From: a virus
Virus genome (UHGV): UHGV-0189653
Direction: 5' to 3' (one strand)
DNA: 51,563 bases
The notes beneath the pieces are model-generated. The model made no database searches. It was not told where the DNA came from and was given only the letters and a program-made list of their open reading frames with translations. How positions within the stretch are numbered: position 1 is the stretch's first letter; each line of letters begins with the position of its first letter. The position numbers and the translations under genes were made by a program. Shown one piece after another: positions 31,397 through 40,850 of the stretch.

Positions 31397-32143
31397 ATGA
31401 AAAATATTGCGACAGGCGATGTTCTTGAACGTATCCGCAGACTGGCCCCGTCACATGTAACCGCGCCATTCAAGACGGTAGCGGAGTGGCGCGAGTGGCA
31501 ACTTTCCGAAGGCCAGAAACGTTGTGAGGAGATCAACCGTCAGAATCGTCAGTTGCGGGTGGAAAAAATTCTGAATCGCTCTGGCATCCAGCCATTGCAC
31601 CGCAAATGCTCGTTTTCGAATTACCAGGTGCAGAACGAAGGGCAGCGATACGCGTTGAGTCAGGCGAAATCCATCGCTGATGAACTGATGACCGGGTGTA
31701 CAAATTTTGCGTTCAGCGGAAAACCTGGTACCGGGAAGAACCACTTAGCGGCAGCTATCGGGAATCGCCTGCTGAAAGACGGTCAGACAGTGATTGTGGT
31801 TACCGTGGCTGATGTTATGAGTGCCCTGCACGCCAGCTATGACGACGGGCAGTCAGGCGAAAAATTTTTGCGGGAACTGTGCGAAGTGGATCTGCTGGTT
31901 CTTGATGAAATTGGCATTCAGCGCGAGACGAAAAACGAGCAGGTGGTACTGCACCAGATTGTTGATCGCCGGACAGCTTCGATGCGCAGCGTGGGGATGC
32001 TGACAAACCTGAACTATGAGGCCATGAAAACATTGCTCGGCGAGCGGATTATGGATCGCATGACCATGAACGGCGGGCGATGGGTGAATTTTAACTGGGA
32101 GAGCTGGCGTCCGAATGTCGTCCAGCTAGGAATTGCGAAGTAA
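31397..32143 (+). CDS. ydaV: DnaC-like helicase loader ATPase YdaV
   Basis: 248-aa ORF with Walker [17 protein letters not shown] and Walker B LLVLDEIG. Confidence 0.85.
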   Translation: MKNIATGDVLERIRRLAPSHVTAPFKTVAEWREWQLSEGQKRCEEINRQNRQLRVEKILNRSGIQPLHRKCSFSNYQVQNEGQRYALSQAKSIADELMTGCTNFAFSGKPGTGKNHLAAAIGNRLLKDGQTVIVVTVADVMSALHASYDDGQSGEKFLRELCEVDLLVLDEIGIQRETKNEQVVLHQIVDRRTASMRSVGMLTNLNYEAMKTLLGERIMDRMTMNGGRWVNFNWESWRPNVVQLGIAK

Positions 32144-32165
32144 TTTTTACCGGGAGAAAAATTTA

Positions 32166-32927
32166 ATGGAGACTGTTTTTGACGCACTGAAAGCAATGGG
32201 AAAAGCCACATCCATAGAACTTGCTGCTCGACTTGATATCAGTCGTGAAGAAGTGCTGAACGAACTATGGGAACTGAAAAAGGCTGGTTGTGTTGATAAA
32301 AGCGCGTACACCTGGCGTGTGGCTGATAACAACGTTCAGCAGGAACAGCCAGCGCAGGTAGAACTGCCGGAAGAAACCACCACAGCAACAGTAGCGAAAA
32401 TCTCAGAGTGCGATTTAACCGCGACGATTGAACAACGCGGACCACAAACGGCTGATGAGCTGGCTACATTGTTTGGTACCACATCACGCAAAGTGGCTTC
32501 AACGCTGGCAATGGCAATCAGCAAAGGTCGTCTGATTCGCGTAAATCAGGGCGGTAAATTTCGTTACTGCATACCGGGCGATAATTTACCAGCAGAGCCG
32601 AAAGCAGCATCGGTAGCGGAAACTGATGGTAAGGCCTTTCCTCAGACCGCAGGTGTTGCGTTACCAGTACAGGAGGCTGCAACACAGGAAGATATTAAAA
32701 CAGAAACTGTGGCGGACATTGTGCAGTCGCTGCCATCGTTTACTGAAACGCGAGCGGATGACCTGGTTTTACCATCACTGCATATGGCAAACCGCGAACT
32801 GCGTCGGGCGAAAAATCATGTCCAGAAGTGGGAGTGTGTCTGCGCCGCGCTGCGTGAGTTGAACAAGCACAGGGATATTGTACGACAGATTACTGATTCT
32901 TCCCGCCATGTTGCATCGGAAAAGTGA
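32166..32927 (+). CDS. YdaW-like protein with N-terminal winged-helix-like domain
   Basis: 253-aa ORF from ATG 32166 ([30 protein letters not shown]); acidic/Q-rich linker. Confidence 0.5.
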   Translation: METVFDALKAMGKATSIELAARLDISREEVLNELWELKKAGCVDKSAYTWRVADNNVQQEQPAQVELPEETTTATVAKISECDLTATIEQRGPQTADELATLFGTTSRKVASTLAMAISKGRLIRVNQGGKFRYCIPGDNLPAEPKAASVAETDGKAFPQTAGVALPVQEAATQEDIKTETVADIVQSLPSFTETRADDLVLPSLHMANRELRRAKNHVQKWECVCAALRELNKHRDIVRQITDSSRHVASEK

Positions 32928-32942
32928 TTGCCGGAGGCACCT

Positions 32943-33365
32943 ATGGCAAAAGTATTTACACCAGAAGAGCGGGAAAAAATTAAAGGGCAGGTTGTTGAAC
33001 TTGTACGTCTGAGCGGTCGCGAGACGTTACGGCAACTGGAAGCCAAGACAGGTGCGACAAGATATCTGATGAGTGTTCTCGCCAGTGAGCTGGTTGCCAG
33101 TGGCGATGTATACAACTCTGGTTACGGGTTATTCCCGTCTGAACAGGCGCGTAAAGACTGGCAAAACGCCCGCAAAAAACTATCGAGGGCAAAGGTGAAG
33201 AAACCTGCTGTAGTTGATCCGGACCTTATCTGGTCATTACCAGACGGAGAAATACGCCGCTATGACAGGCGTCTGAATATAATCTGTCGCGAGTGCCGGA
33301 AGAGCGAAGTCATGCAGCGTGTACTGGCGTTCTATCAGGGTAATTTTCAGGATGTGCTGTTGTGA
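32943..33365 (+). CDS. hypothetical phage protein
   Basis: 140-aa ORF from ATG 32943 with RBS GGAGG at 32933-32937. Confidence 0.5.
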   Translation: MAKVFTPEEREKIKGQVVELVRLSGRETLRQLEAKTGATRYLMSVLASELVASGDVYNSGYGLFPSEQARKDWQNARKKLSRAKVKKPAVVDPDLIWSLPDGEIRRYDRRLNIICRECRKSEVMQRVLAFYQGNFQDVLL

Positions 33366-33526
33366 GCCAAATTAACAATCAGGGAACTGCGTGAACTGAA
33401 AGAGAAATCATAATCCAAATCTGAATAATTAAATTTAGCACTGTAAATAAAATTTAATCCTTAACCGGAGGGGGGGGCTGCACCCTCAAAATATTAGGAG
33501 GCGGCCCGAAAGGGCGGTAATGAAAA

Positions 33527-34030
33527 ATGACTGAATTAACCAAAAAGCAATTAATCGAAGAAGCTAAATTAAAAATAGCGATTGAGAAATGCCACCCCAA
33601 TTCAGGGATGGCACGGGTAGAGGGCGAATTATTCAAAATTGCTCTGGCATCGCTGGAAGCAGAGCCAGTTGGTGATTTTTATGAATACAAACCGGATGAC
33701 TGGTATCAGCGTTCGGCTGGAGATAAAGCGCCAAAATGGACGCCACCCTATGCCGTTTTTCCAGCGCCCGTAGTGCCGGAAGAAATGGATTTGCTTACAT
33801 GCCATCTCGATGGTGTAACTGAAACATATGCTGAGGGATGGAACGCTTGTCGCGCTGCCCTGCTTCAGGGCAAAGGGGAGCCCGGGAAACAAGTTCGCGA
33901 ATTGACAATGCTGGTTAAACAATTGGTTAGTCAACTGAAGAAACCGAAACCGGGCTGCAAATTGCCGGATAAAGTGATGGACTACCTGGAGCGAAGCGGA
34001 CTTATAAGCGTGGAGGATGTTTTACGATGA
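33527..34030 (+). CDS. hypothetical phage protein
   Basis: 167-aa ORF with RBS AGGAGG about 25 nt upstream; G8 tract at 33470-33477 in its upstream region. Confidence 0.5.
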   Translation: MTELTKKQLIEEAKLKIAIEKCHPNSGMARVEGELFKIALASLEAEPVGDFYEYKPDDWYQRSAGDKAPKWTPPYAVFPAPVVPEEMDLLTCHLDGVTETYAEGWNACRAALLQGKGEPGKQVRELTMLVKQLVSQLKKPKPGCKLPDKVMDYLERSGLISVEDVLR

Positions 34031-34110
34031 CCTGGCCTGAAGCATTCACAACGGTAGGAATTGCGATGGCGGTGGCGCTGGTGGTGTATTCGATTTGCCG
34101 CTGGGGTTGA
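34027..34110 (+). CDS. 27-aa hydrophobic peptide, translationally coupled
   Basis: ATG overlaps upstream stop (ATGA at 34027-34030); encodes MTWPEAFTTVGIAMAVALVVYSICRWG, a single predicted transmembrane helix. Confidence 0.3.
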   Translation: MTWPEAFTTVGIAMAVALVVYSICRWG

Positions 34111-34150
34111 TAATACTAAATAACCAGCCCTTATGGGGCTGGCTAATCAT

Positions 34151-34924
34151 TTAGAACTGTTCATTGCCATCGAGGTTAGGTAGCATAATTTTTTCAATCA
34201 AGGCGAGAGCCTTTTTGTCCCGGTCAGCGAAGTATTTCGGGGCATATTGCGGCAACCAAATATTGTTAAAATGTTCTTTGAAATCTGCTAAATATTCATT
34301 TGGGTACAGCCTTGCAGGGTATACGCGACCATCGGGATATTCATGGTCATAGGTAGGGAATGTTTTGGGTTCTACGTTTCTATTATCTCTTAACCATTGT
34401 GAAAATACTCTTCCTTGTGAAATGTCAGGAACCATTTTTTCTGGGAGTGTGTACCCTGCTTGTTCAAGAGGTGCAACCAAGTTGAATGTCAGTTCATTAA
34501 GAATAGAAAAGTGCGTGTGAGGAATTCTACTACGATTAACCATGTACCGTTTTAAATGTACAGGCATTTCTGCTGTAGTTCTTTCCCCTGACATCCATTC
34601 ACGAACCCATCTTGAAACCTGGACTGCAAATTTGGGCGATAGCCACTGCGCTAGATTAATAGCGATGTCAGGATGCACCCATGTCCCTTGGTTTTCAGGT
34701 CTTCCACCTTTAAATGATTGAATTAACTCCGATATGGGAATTCCCATATCGCGTGATAATTCGTCAAAAAACTCTTGAGTAGTTTTGAGTCTAGTGTAAT
34801 CAGAGAGCAGTTTGCCCGCAGTTCTACACATTGATGTGGCGTTTATGTAACCATCTTTGGCACGTAAATGTATTATTTCGCCGTCAATTTCACGAGAAAT
34901 CAAAGATAATTGAAAGGATGTCAT
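34151..34924 (-). CDS. KilA-N domain DNA-binding protein
   Basis: 257-aa ORF; N-terminal MTSFQLSLISREIDGEIIHLRAKDGYINATSMCRTAGKLLSDYTRLKTTQEFF is typical of KilA-N/APSES domain. Confidence 0.65.
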   Translation of the reverse strand: MTSFQLSLISREIDGEIIHLRAKDGYINATSMCRTAGKLLSDYTRLKTTQEFFDELSRDMGIPISELIQSFKGGRPENQGTWVHPDIAINLAQWLSPKFAVQVSRWVREWMSGERTTAEMPVHLKRYMVNRSRIPHTHFSILNELTFNLVAPLEQAGYTLPEKMVPDISQGRVFSQWLRDNRNVEPKTFPTYDHEYPDGRVYPARLYPNEYLADFKEHFNNIWLPQYAPKYFADRDKKALALIEKIMLPNLDGNEQF

Positions 34925-35446
34925 TGAAAATTCCTCAAGTTGGAGAGTTCTGGAACATTAAGGCGAGGTGGCAGTAATGCACCATCTGTAATCTTTTGAT
35001 ACTGACGTAATCGGGCCTGATGTGCAACGCCTTGCAAGTATGTAACTCATTGAAAACGATCATTTTTATCTATTGACATCAAATGGCAAACTGTCATTGT
35101 GCGGCTATGGCAAGTGGCAAATGCTTATAAATCATATGGATATAAATAGTACAGAAAGAGTTGTTTTCTCTAGGATATGAGTATACGCCCAATGCTGATT
35201 GGTTGAATTTTGTTCTTGTTTTAAAGGGTAAGAGTTTAAAGTGTTGGCAGTGATGTATTGGATAGTTAGAATTGCTGTGGGTGCTTGAGGCTATCTGCCT
35301 CGGGCATGAACACCAAAGGTAGATAGAGAAAAGCCCCAGTTAACATTACGCGTCCTGCAAGACGTTTAACATTAATCTGAGGCCATATCTATGCGACACA
35401 TAGAGATTAGCCTCTTACGGACCGAAAGGTCAAGGAGAAGCAGGCT

Positions 35447-35572
35447 ATGAAGCAGCAAAAGGCGATGTTAATCGCCCTGATCGTCATCTGTTTAACCGTC
35501 ATAGTGACGGCACTGGTAACGAGGAAAGACCTCTGCGAGGTACGAATCCGAACTGGCAGACGGAGGCTCTGA
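35447..35572 (+). CDS. hok: Hok-family type I toxin (HokD/RelF-like), C-terminally altered
   Basis: ORF MKQQKAMLIALIVICLTVIVTALVTRKDLCEVRIRTG then RRRL*; leader 35270-35446 carries hok-mRNA-like elements (GCTTGAGGCTATCTGCCTC; TTAGCCTCTTAC...AAGGAGAAG) and a short mok-like ORF ending at the hok ATG. Confidence 0.6.
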   Translation: MKQQKAMLIALIVICLTVIVTALVTRKDLCEVRIRTGRRRL

Positions 35573-35654
35573 TTCGTAGACTACTAATCTGAGTAAAAGA
35601 CCCAGCGGGGAAAGAACCACGCCGGGACTAGTTAATAAGATATTTATAGCGTGG

Positions 35655-35996
35655 CTATTCTTTTTTTGCGGTATAGACTTTTTCGCCTGAGAAGTCTGGA
35701 GCTACCCAAAAGTTAATATTAAACTGAGCATCATCGCTTAGTTCAACACGGTGCCAGTATTGTGGTGGGCTTGTTGCAAAAGCGCCAGCATTAATGACTA
35801 CTTTTATCTCCGGTTCAGTAGCATTCTCATCAGCAAAACCATAATATGTTACAGTACCTTCCATCACGCATAACTGTCCAAAAACACCTGCTGCTGTATT
35901 ATGATGTGTTAATAACGCTGAAGGTACGTTCTCTTTTGTGAAGAACGGAGTTGAGCGTTTGATTACCCAGTCTTTAGGAATTCTCTTGTGTGTCAT
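35655..35996 (-). CDS. YeaR-like DUF1971 protein (TehB N-domain-like)
   Basis: 113-aa product from ATG at 35996 with RBS GGGAGG; sequence resembles YeaR as I recall it. Confidence 0.65.
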   Translation of the reverse strand: MTHKRIPKDWVIKRSTPFFTKENVPSALLTHHNTAAGVFGQLCVMEGTVTYYGFADENATEPEIKVVINAGAFATSPPQYWHRVELSDDAQFNINFWVAPDFSGEKVYTAKKE

Positions 35997-36009
35997 AACC
36001 ACCTCCCAT

Positions 36010-36034
36010 AAAACATGCATTATAAATGCACCTT
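36010..36034 (-). promoter_or_regulatory. NsrR-like operator overlapping the promoter of the yeaR-like gene
   Basis: Minus-strand GGTGCATTTATAATGCATGTT: inverted repeat of the ATGCAT core resembling my recollection of the NsrR consensus; contains TATAAT; TTGACA 21 nt upstream. Confidence 0.45.
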
Positions 36035-36863
36035 TTTGAGGGTTATGTCAAGCTGTTATGAAACACATAATTGATATGTTGATTAGAGGAGAAGATAGAA
36101 TCAATATGGTTGTTTTTCGTATAACTATTTGTTTTACTTTTAGTTTGTGCATTCTGTGTGTTAGGAATAACTTATTAAAGTTTAACTAAAAAATCTCGAT
36201 ATAGTCCGCATAGATTACTGTTACTGAATCTTATTGTGTGCATTAGTTGTGTTCTGAAATTTCAATTTAATTACTTATGATATATTTTTAACGATAAATG
36301 TTTTCCGGGTGAAAGACAGTGGGGGATGAGATAAGCAATATATCATTAATCTTGATTATTTCCAGGATGCCTTTACTGTGTATATAAATAAATCATATAC
36401 GCATCAAATAATGTAAAGGCATCCTTTTAGATATATCTTATCAAATGTTAATGATTTGAGTGGGAAACATGATTCCAGAAACTAATCATGCGGCTACTTT
36501 ATAAAAATAATGCCCATATAAAACAGCCAGCGAAAAGGATTACGGATAAAAAAGGAGCGAGATGTGCATAGTTGTTATTTTCCATGTTTAACCACCTTAA
36601 ATAATTGATGATGACGGGATGTGCATCTGTAATGCTTTTGTTGAAATGTTATGATAAAAAAGAACTTTTTCATAACATTAAAATGTAATTTATCTAATCG
36701 TTTTTAATAATAAGTGTTGTATTTCTATCCTTGTATCAGCTATTTGATATGTAGTGTTTGTTCATGTTATGTGGAGCTTTACACCATAGCCAGTTTATTT
36801 ATACTTTATTCGTCAGCCTGAACAACTGGCATCTGCTGCACTGCGCCATCGAGAGATTGAGAA

Positions 36864-37463
36864 ATGGCGCATATACAACTGGTCAAACAAACCTCTTCTG
36901 GACTACTTCTCCCGGCGACGCCGGAGAGTTGCGATTTTTTGCATCAAATCAAAATAGGCGAGTGGATACACGCAGACTTTAAGCGTGTGCGTAACTACGC
37001 ATTCCACAAGCGTTTTTTCAAACTCCTGCAACTGGGATTCGATTACTGGACTCCGGTCGGTGGGGCGATCACGCCTCGCGAACGAAAGCTGGTTTCAGGA
37101 TTCGTTGATTACCTATGTGAATCAGTAGGCCGGGAACATACGCCAGCTCTGAGCGAAGCCGCAGAGCAATATCTGAATACAGTTGCGACACGCAGAACCC
37201 GGGATACGGCATTGCTAAAGTCGTTTGAGGCTTTCCGCGAGTGGGTAACCATTCAGGCCGGATTTTACACCGAGCATCTTTATCCTGATGGTAGCCATGG
37301 GCGTCGGGCGAAATCCATCGCTTTTGCGAATATGGACGAAACCGAGTTTCAGCAGGTTTATAAATCTGTTCTGAATGTGCTGTGGAACTGGATTCTGTTC
37401 CGTAAATTTTCCTCTCCGGAACAAGTCGAAAATGTGACCGCGCAGCTGCTGGAGTTTGCGTAA
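36864..37463 (+). CDS. nin-region phage protein (DUF1367-like)
   Basis: 199-aa ORF upstream of, and coupled to, the YbcO-like gene. Confidence 0.5.
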   Translation: MAHIQLVKQTSSGLLLPATPESCDFLHQIKIGEWIHADFKRVRNYAFHKRFFKLLQLGFDYWTPVGGAITPRERKLVSGFVDYLCESVGREHTPALSEAAEQYLNTVATRRTRDTALLKSFEAFREWVTIQAGFYTEHLYPDGSHGRRAKSIAFANMDETEFQQVYKSVLNVLWNWILFRKFSSPEQVENVTAQLLEFA

Positions 37464-37753
37464 TGGTGGATTTACGTAAAGCGGCGCGGGGGCAGATGTG
37501 CACCGTCAGAATTCCTGGCTACTGCAATCACGATCCGGAAACGTCTGTGCTGGCGCATTACCGACTGGCGGGAACGTGCGGAACAGCGACAAAACCACAC
37601 GATATGCAGGCGGCGATTGCCTGTAGCTCATGCCACGATCTAATCGACGGGCGGGTAAAAACCAGCGATTACACCAAAGAAGAATTACGCCTGATGCATG
37701 CAGAAGGTGTTTTTCGCACACAAGAAATCTGGAGAAAGGAGGGATATTTGTGA
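37463..37753 (+). CDS. YbcO-like DUF1364 protein (Cys/His-rich)
   Basis: 96-aa ORF with CxxxxC...H...CxxC pattern; ATGG overlap with upstream stop. Confidence 0.55.
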   Translation: MVDLRKAARGQMCTVRIPGYCNHDPETSVLAHYRLAGTCGTATKPHDMQAAIACSSCHDLIDGRVKTSDYTKEELRLMHAEGVFRTQEIWRKEGYL

Positions 37754-38292
37754 TTTACCCAACGAATACAGGAAAAAGCGGAGAACACCTTCGTCTCGCC
37801 ACGCTGGAAAGTGTCTGGATTCAGGGCAAACTGCGTATGTGGGGGCGCTGGTCGTATATTGGCGGTGGCAGGTCAGGAAATATGTTCAATCAGTTGTTGG
37901 CATCCAAAAAATTGACGAAAACAGCCATCAATGAAGCCCTGCGCAGAATGAAAAAAGCGGGAATAGAGAAAGCTGAGCTGGAAGCGTTTTTGCGAGAGAT
38001 GATCAACGGCAAGCAAAAGAGCTGGCTGGCGCATTGTACTGATGCAGAGGCGTTATGTATTGATCGAGTCATAAGTGAGGTGCTGGCAGAGCATCCTGGA
38101 TTGATTAGTGTCCTCCGGCAACGGTATGAAGGACGGGGGATGACTAAGCGCAAAATGGCTGAATTGCTAAATGATGCACATCCTGAGTGGTGTTTTAGCA
38201 CATGCGAAAAGCGAATTGCTAATTGGTTGGCTGTTGCTGAGTATGCCCTATATATTCCCATGCGAGAATCATTTGCTCAAAAAATAGCTTGA
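37750..38292 (+). CDS. Q: late gene antiterminator Q-like protein
   Basis: 180-aa product from GTG 37750 (RBS GGAGG at 37736-37740, GTGA overlap with upstream stop); WG-W motif region LRMWGRWSYIGG; position just upstream of hairpin and lysis cassette. Confidence 0.65.
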   Translation: MIYPTNTGKSGEHLRLATLESVWIQGKLRMWGRWSYIGGGRSGNMFNQLLASKKLTKTAINEALRRMKKAGIEKAELEAFLREMINGKQKSWLAHCTDAEALCIDRVISEVLAEHPGLISVLRQRYEGRGMTKRKMAELLNDAHPEWCFSTCEKRIANWLAVAEYALYIPMRESFAQKIA

Positions 38293-38375
38293 TTTTTTAC
38301 GCATAAACTGCTTCAATTCCGGTATGTTTCGCAAAGCTGTATCGCGAGGCGAACCAAGCGCATGAACTTTACCAG

Positions 38376-38402
38376 AACCCGCCATTGAGCGGGTTTTGTT
38401 GT
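38376..38402 (+). terminator. tR-prime-like intrinsic terminator downstream of Q
   Basis: aacccgc-cattga-gcgggtt (7-bp stem) followed by ttgttgttt. Confidence 0.55.
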
Positions 38403-38513
38403 TTCTGGTACTGGTGAACCTGATGTTTCATTTCTGGAGCGCGATTCCTGGCGGAATACCTAGAATCGAGACATTCTGGTAAAATTGTTTTCAGTACAGG
38501 ATGTGGAGGTGAG

Positions 38514-39083
38514 ATGAGAGAACTACCTAAAGATTATTTTTTAGGAGTAGATGATGAGCTCGTCGATTATCTTGAAAAACAAGGGGAAGAGACGATACGA
38601 GAGATTCATCTTTCTAACAAAACCAATGTTGAGAATGGATACAAACTTCTGAACATTCAGATTGTTGGAATTGGTTCATCTTTTTTATTGCTGACACAGA
38701 AAACTAATTTCGATTTTCTCACCGCCGGAATTACCACATTTACATTACTATGGACATGGTGCGCCATTTACTTGGTATGTACTGGTTTATCTGTGAAGGT
38801 TAGGGGCCTGATCAATGCCCCTCCTGATCATCTATATCATGAAAAATATAAGGATATGGAGCCCTCGAGCTTTAAAATATTCGCTGATGCAGGATATTTA
38901 GGACCTGATAAGTTATTGCCGCTTATACGAAGGTATCGCCTTGTTGACTTGAGTGATACAGCAAGAGAGTTACTGTTGGAAAATGAGAAAATCCGCACGA
39001 GTCTCGATAAAGCAAGGATGTATACCATCCTTGCTCCGGTAGCGGCGATGTTTATCTCGGCTGTTTTTTTATATGTTCAATGA
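38514..39083 (+). CDS. hypothetical membrane protein (moron between Q and holin)
   Basis: 189-aa ORF with RBS GGAGGTGAG; three hydrophobic segments; AT-rich codon usage; no family recognised. Confidence 0.5.
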   Translation: MRELPKDYFLGVDDELVDYLEKQGEETIREIHLSNKTNVENGYKLLNIQIVGIGSSFLLLTQKTNFDFLTAGITTFTLLWTWCAIYLVCTGLSVKVRGLINAPPDHLYHEKYKDMEPSSFKIFADAGYLGPDKLLPLIRRYRLVDLSDTARELLLENEKIRTSLDKARMYTILAPVAAMFISAVFLYVQ

Positions 39084-39213
39084 CTGAGTCGGCAGAATCT
39101 CCAACAAAAACACGACGTGTAGCAAAGTCTGTAGTACTTTGTGTTGGAGTTGGTTTTGGTGCCACGGGTTGCTGAGGTTTATTTTCACCTTGTGGTTTGT
39201 TTTTTTCAGACAT
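39052..39213 (-). CDS. small convergent ORF (53 aa), hypothetical
   Basis: Minus-strand ATG at 39213 preceded by AGAGGA; encodes MSEKNKPQGENKPQQPVAPKPTPTQSTTDFATRRVFVGDSADSVIEHIKKQPR; overlaps the 3-prime end of the membrane-protein gene by 32 nt. Confidence 0.3.
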   Translation of the reverse strand: MSEKNKPQGENKPQQPVAPKPTPTQSTTDFATRRVFVGDSADSVIEHIKKQPR

Positions 39214-39307
39214 AAAAATCCTCTTTGTTTGAATTGTTACTTTTGGCGATTTAACGATATCAAACACGAGTATATACCGCCAGAAGCTTAATCTGGCACT
39301 CCATCTG

Positions 39308-39332
39308 GCCCCGGCATGTCCCGGGGCTTTTT
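39308..39332 (+). terminator. intrinsic terminator between moron and holin
   Basis: gccccgg-catgtc-ccggggc perfect 7-bp stem followed by T5. Confidence 0.6.
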
Positions 39333-39430
39333 CGTTGTTAGGCTCTGGAAACATCCTCGACTTCTTGTTAGCAAGCCTGAGAGCCTGAATCTTACACTTA
39401 GCACCATCCGAACTCTCGGAGGTGAGGCTT

Positions 39431-39772
39431 ATGAAAATGCACAATGCCCCTCATTCCTGGCCTGACTTACTGGAACTCTTACAAAGTTGGTGGCGTGGAG
39501 ATACGCCGCTGGGTGCAGTGGTTATGTCAATTATTATGGCTGGTTTGCGCATTGCCTATTTTGGCGGTGGCGGCGGCTGGAAACGAAAAACGCTTGAGAT
39601 TCTGCTTTGTGGTGCTCTGACGCTGACCTTTGCATCCGCGCTTGAGTATGTCGGATGGCCTAAATCACTTTCTGTTGCCATTGGTGGTGGGGTGGGGCTG
39701 ATTGGTGTTGATGCTATTCGTGGTGCGGCAATGAGGGTCATCGGTAACAAGTTCGGTGCCCATAAGGAGTAA
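39431..39772 (+). CDS. S: holin with dual-start motif (MKM)
   Basis: 113-aa membrane protein immediately upstream of endolysin; RBS GGAGG at 39418-39422; Met-Lys-Met start as in lambda S. Confidence 0.75.
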   Translation: MKMHNAPHSWPDLLELLQSWWRGDTPLGAVVMSIIMAGLRIAYFGGGGGWKRKTLEILLCGALTLTFASALEYVGWPKSLSVAIGGGVGLIGVDAIRGAAMRVIGNKFGAHKE

Positions 39773-39775
39773 TTA

Positions 39776-40252
39776 ATGCAGACACTTAATTCCCAGCGTA
39801 AAGCTTTCCTTGATATGGTGGCATGGTCAGAAGGAACAGATAACGGACGGCAGAAAACCAGAAATCACGGTTATGATGTTATTGTCGGTGGCGAACTGTT
39901 CACTGATTACTCCGATCACCCCCGCAAACTTGTCACGCTAAATCCGAAACTCAAATCAACAGCCGCTGGACGTTACCAGCTTCTTTCACGCTGGTGGGAT
40001 GCCTACCGCAAGCAACTTGGCCTGAAAGATTTTTCTCCAGAAAGTCAGGATGCTGTAGCGCTGCAGCAGATTAAAGAGCGTGGCGCTTTGCCGATGATTG
40101 ATCGCGGTGATATCCGTCAGGCTATCGACCGTTGCAGCAATATATGGGCTTCACTGCCGGGCGCTGGTTATGGTCAGTTCGAGCATAAGGCTGACAGTCT
40201 GATTGCAAAATTCAAAGAAGCTGGCGGAACGGTCAGAGAGATTGAGGTATGA
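39776..40252 (+). CDS. R: endolysin R (lytic transglycosylase)
   Basis: 158-aa ORF with [42 protein letters not shown], matching lambda R. Confidence 0.95.
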   Translation: MQTLNSQRKAFLDMVAWSEGTDNGRQKTRNHGYDVIVGGELFTDYSDHPRKLVTLNPKLKSTAAGRYQLLSRWWDAYRKQLGLKDFSPESQDAVALQQIKERGALPMIDRGDIRQAIDRCSNIWASLPGAGYGQFEHKADSLIAKFKEAGGTVREIEV

Positions 40253-40713
40253 GCAGAGTAACCGCGATTATCTCCGCTCTGGTTATCTGCATCGTCGTCT
40301 GCCTGTCATGGGGTGTTAATCATTACCGTGATAACGCCATCGCCTACAAAGAACAGCGCGACAAAAATGCCAGAGAACTGAAGCTGGCGAACGCGGCAAT
40401 TACTGACATGCAGATGCGTCAGCGTGATGTTGCTGCGCTCGATGCAAAATACACGAAGGAGTTAGCTGATGCGAAAGCTGAAAATGATGCTCTGCGTGAT
40501 GATGTTGCCGCTGGTCGTCGTCGGTTGCACATCAAAGCAGTCTGTCAGTCAGTGCGTGAAGCCACCACCGCCTCCGGCGTGGATAATGCAGCCTCCCCCC
40601 GACTGGCAGACACCGCTGAACGGGATTATTTCACCCTCCGGGAACGACTGGTAATGATGCAGGCCCAACTTGAAGGTGCTCAGCAATACATAACCGAGCA
40701 GTGTTTAAAGTAA
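40249..40713 (+). CDS. Rz: i-spanin Rz
   Basis: 154-aa [24 protein letters not shown]... with N-terminal TM and coiled coil; lambda Rz-like. Confidence 0.9.
   Translation: MSRVTAIISALVICIVVCLSWGVNHYRDNAIAYKEQRDKNARELKLANAAITDMQMRQRDVAALDAKYTKELADAKAENDALRDDVAAGRRRLHIKAVCQSVREATTASGVDNAASPRLADTAERDYFTLRERLVMMQAQLEGAQQYITEQCLK
40469..40654 (+). CDS. Rz1: o-spanin Rz1 lipoprotein (embedded in Rz, +1 frame)
   Basis: 61-aa ORF with lipobox (LVVVGC) and proline-rich [15 protein letters not shown], matching lambda Rz1. Confidence 0.85.
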   Translation: MRKLKMMLCVMMLPLVVVGCTSKQSVSQCVKPPPPPAWIMQPPPDWQTPLNGIISPSGNDW

Positions 40714-40850
40714 AATCTTAACTACAATATGATTCATTTTGATGATTGTTTCATAAGGAACAGTGAAGTAAGATCTAAGAGGAGTTAAATTTTATACAGT
40801 ATAATCATAATATTGCAGCAAGGTGGTTATAATTGAAAGAATATTTAGAT

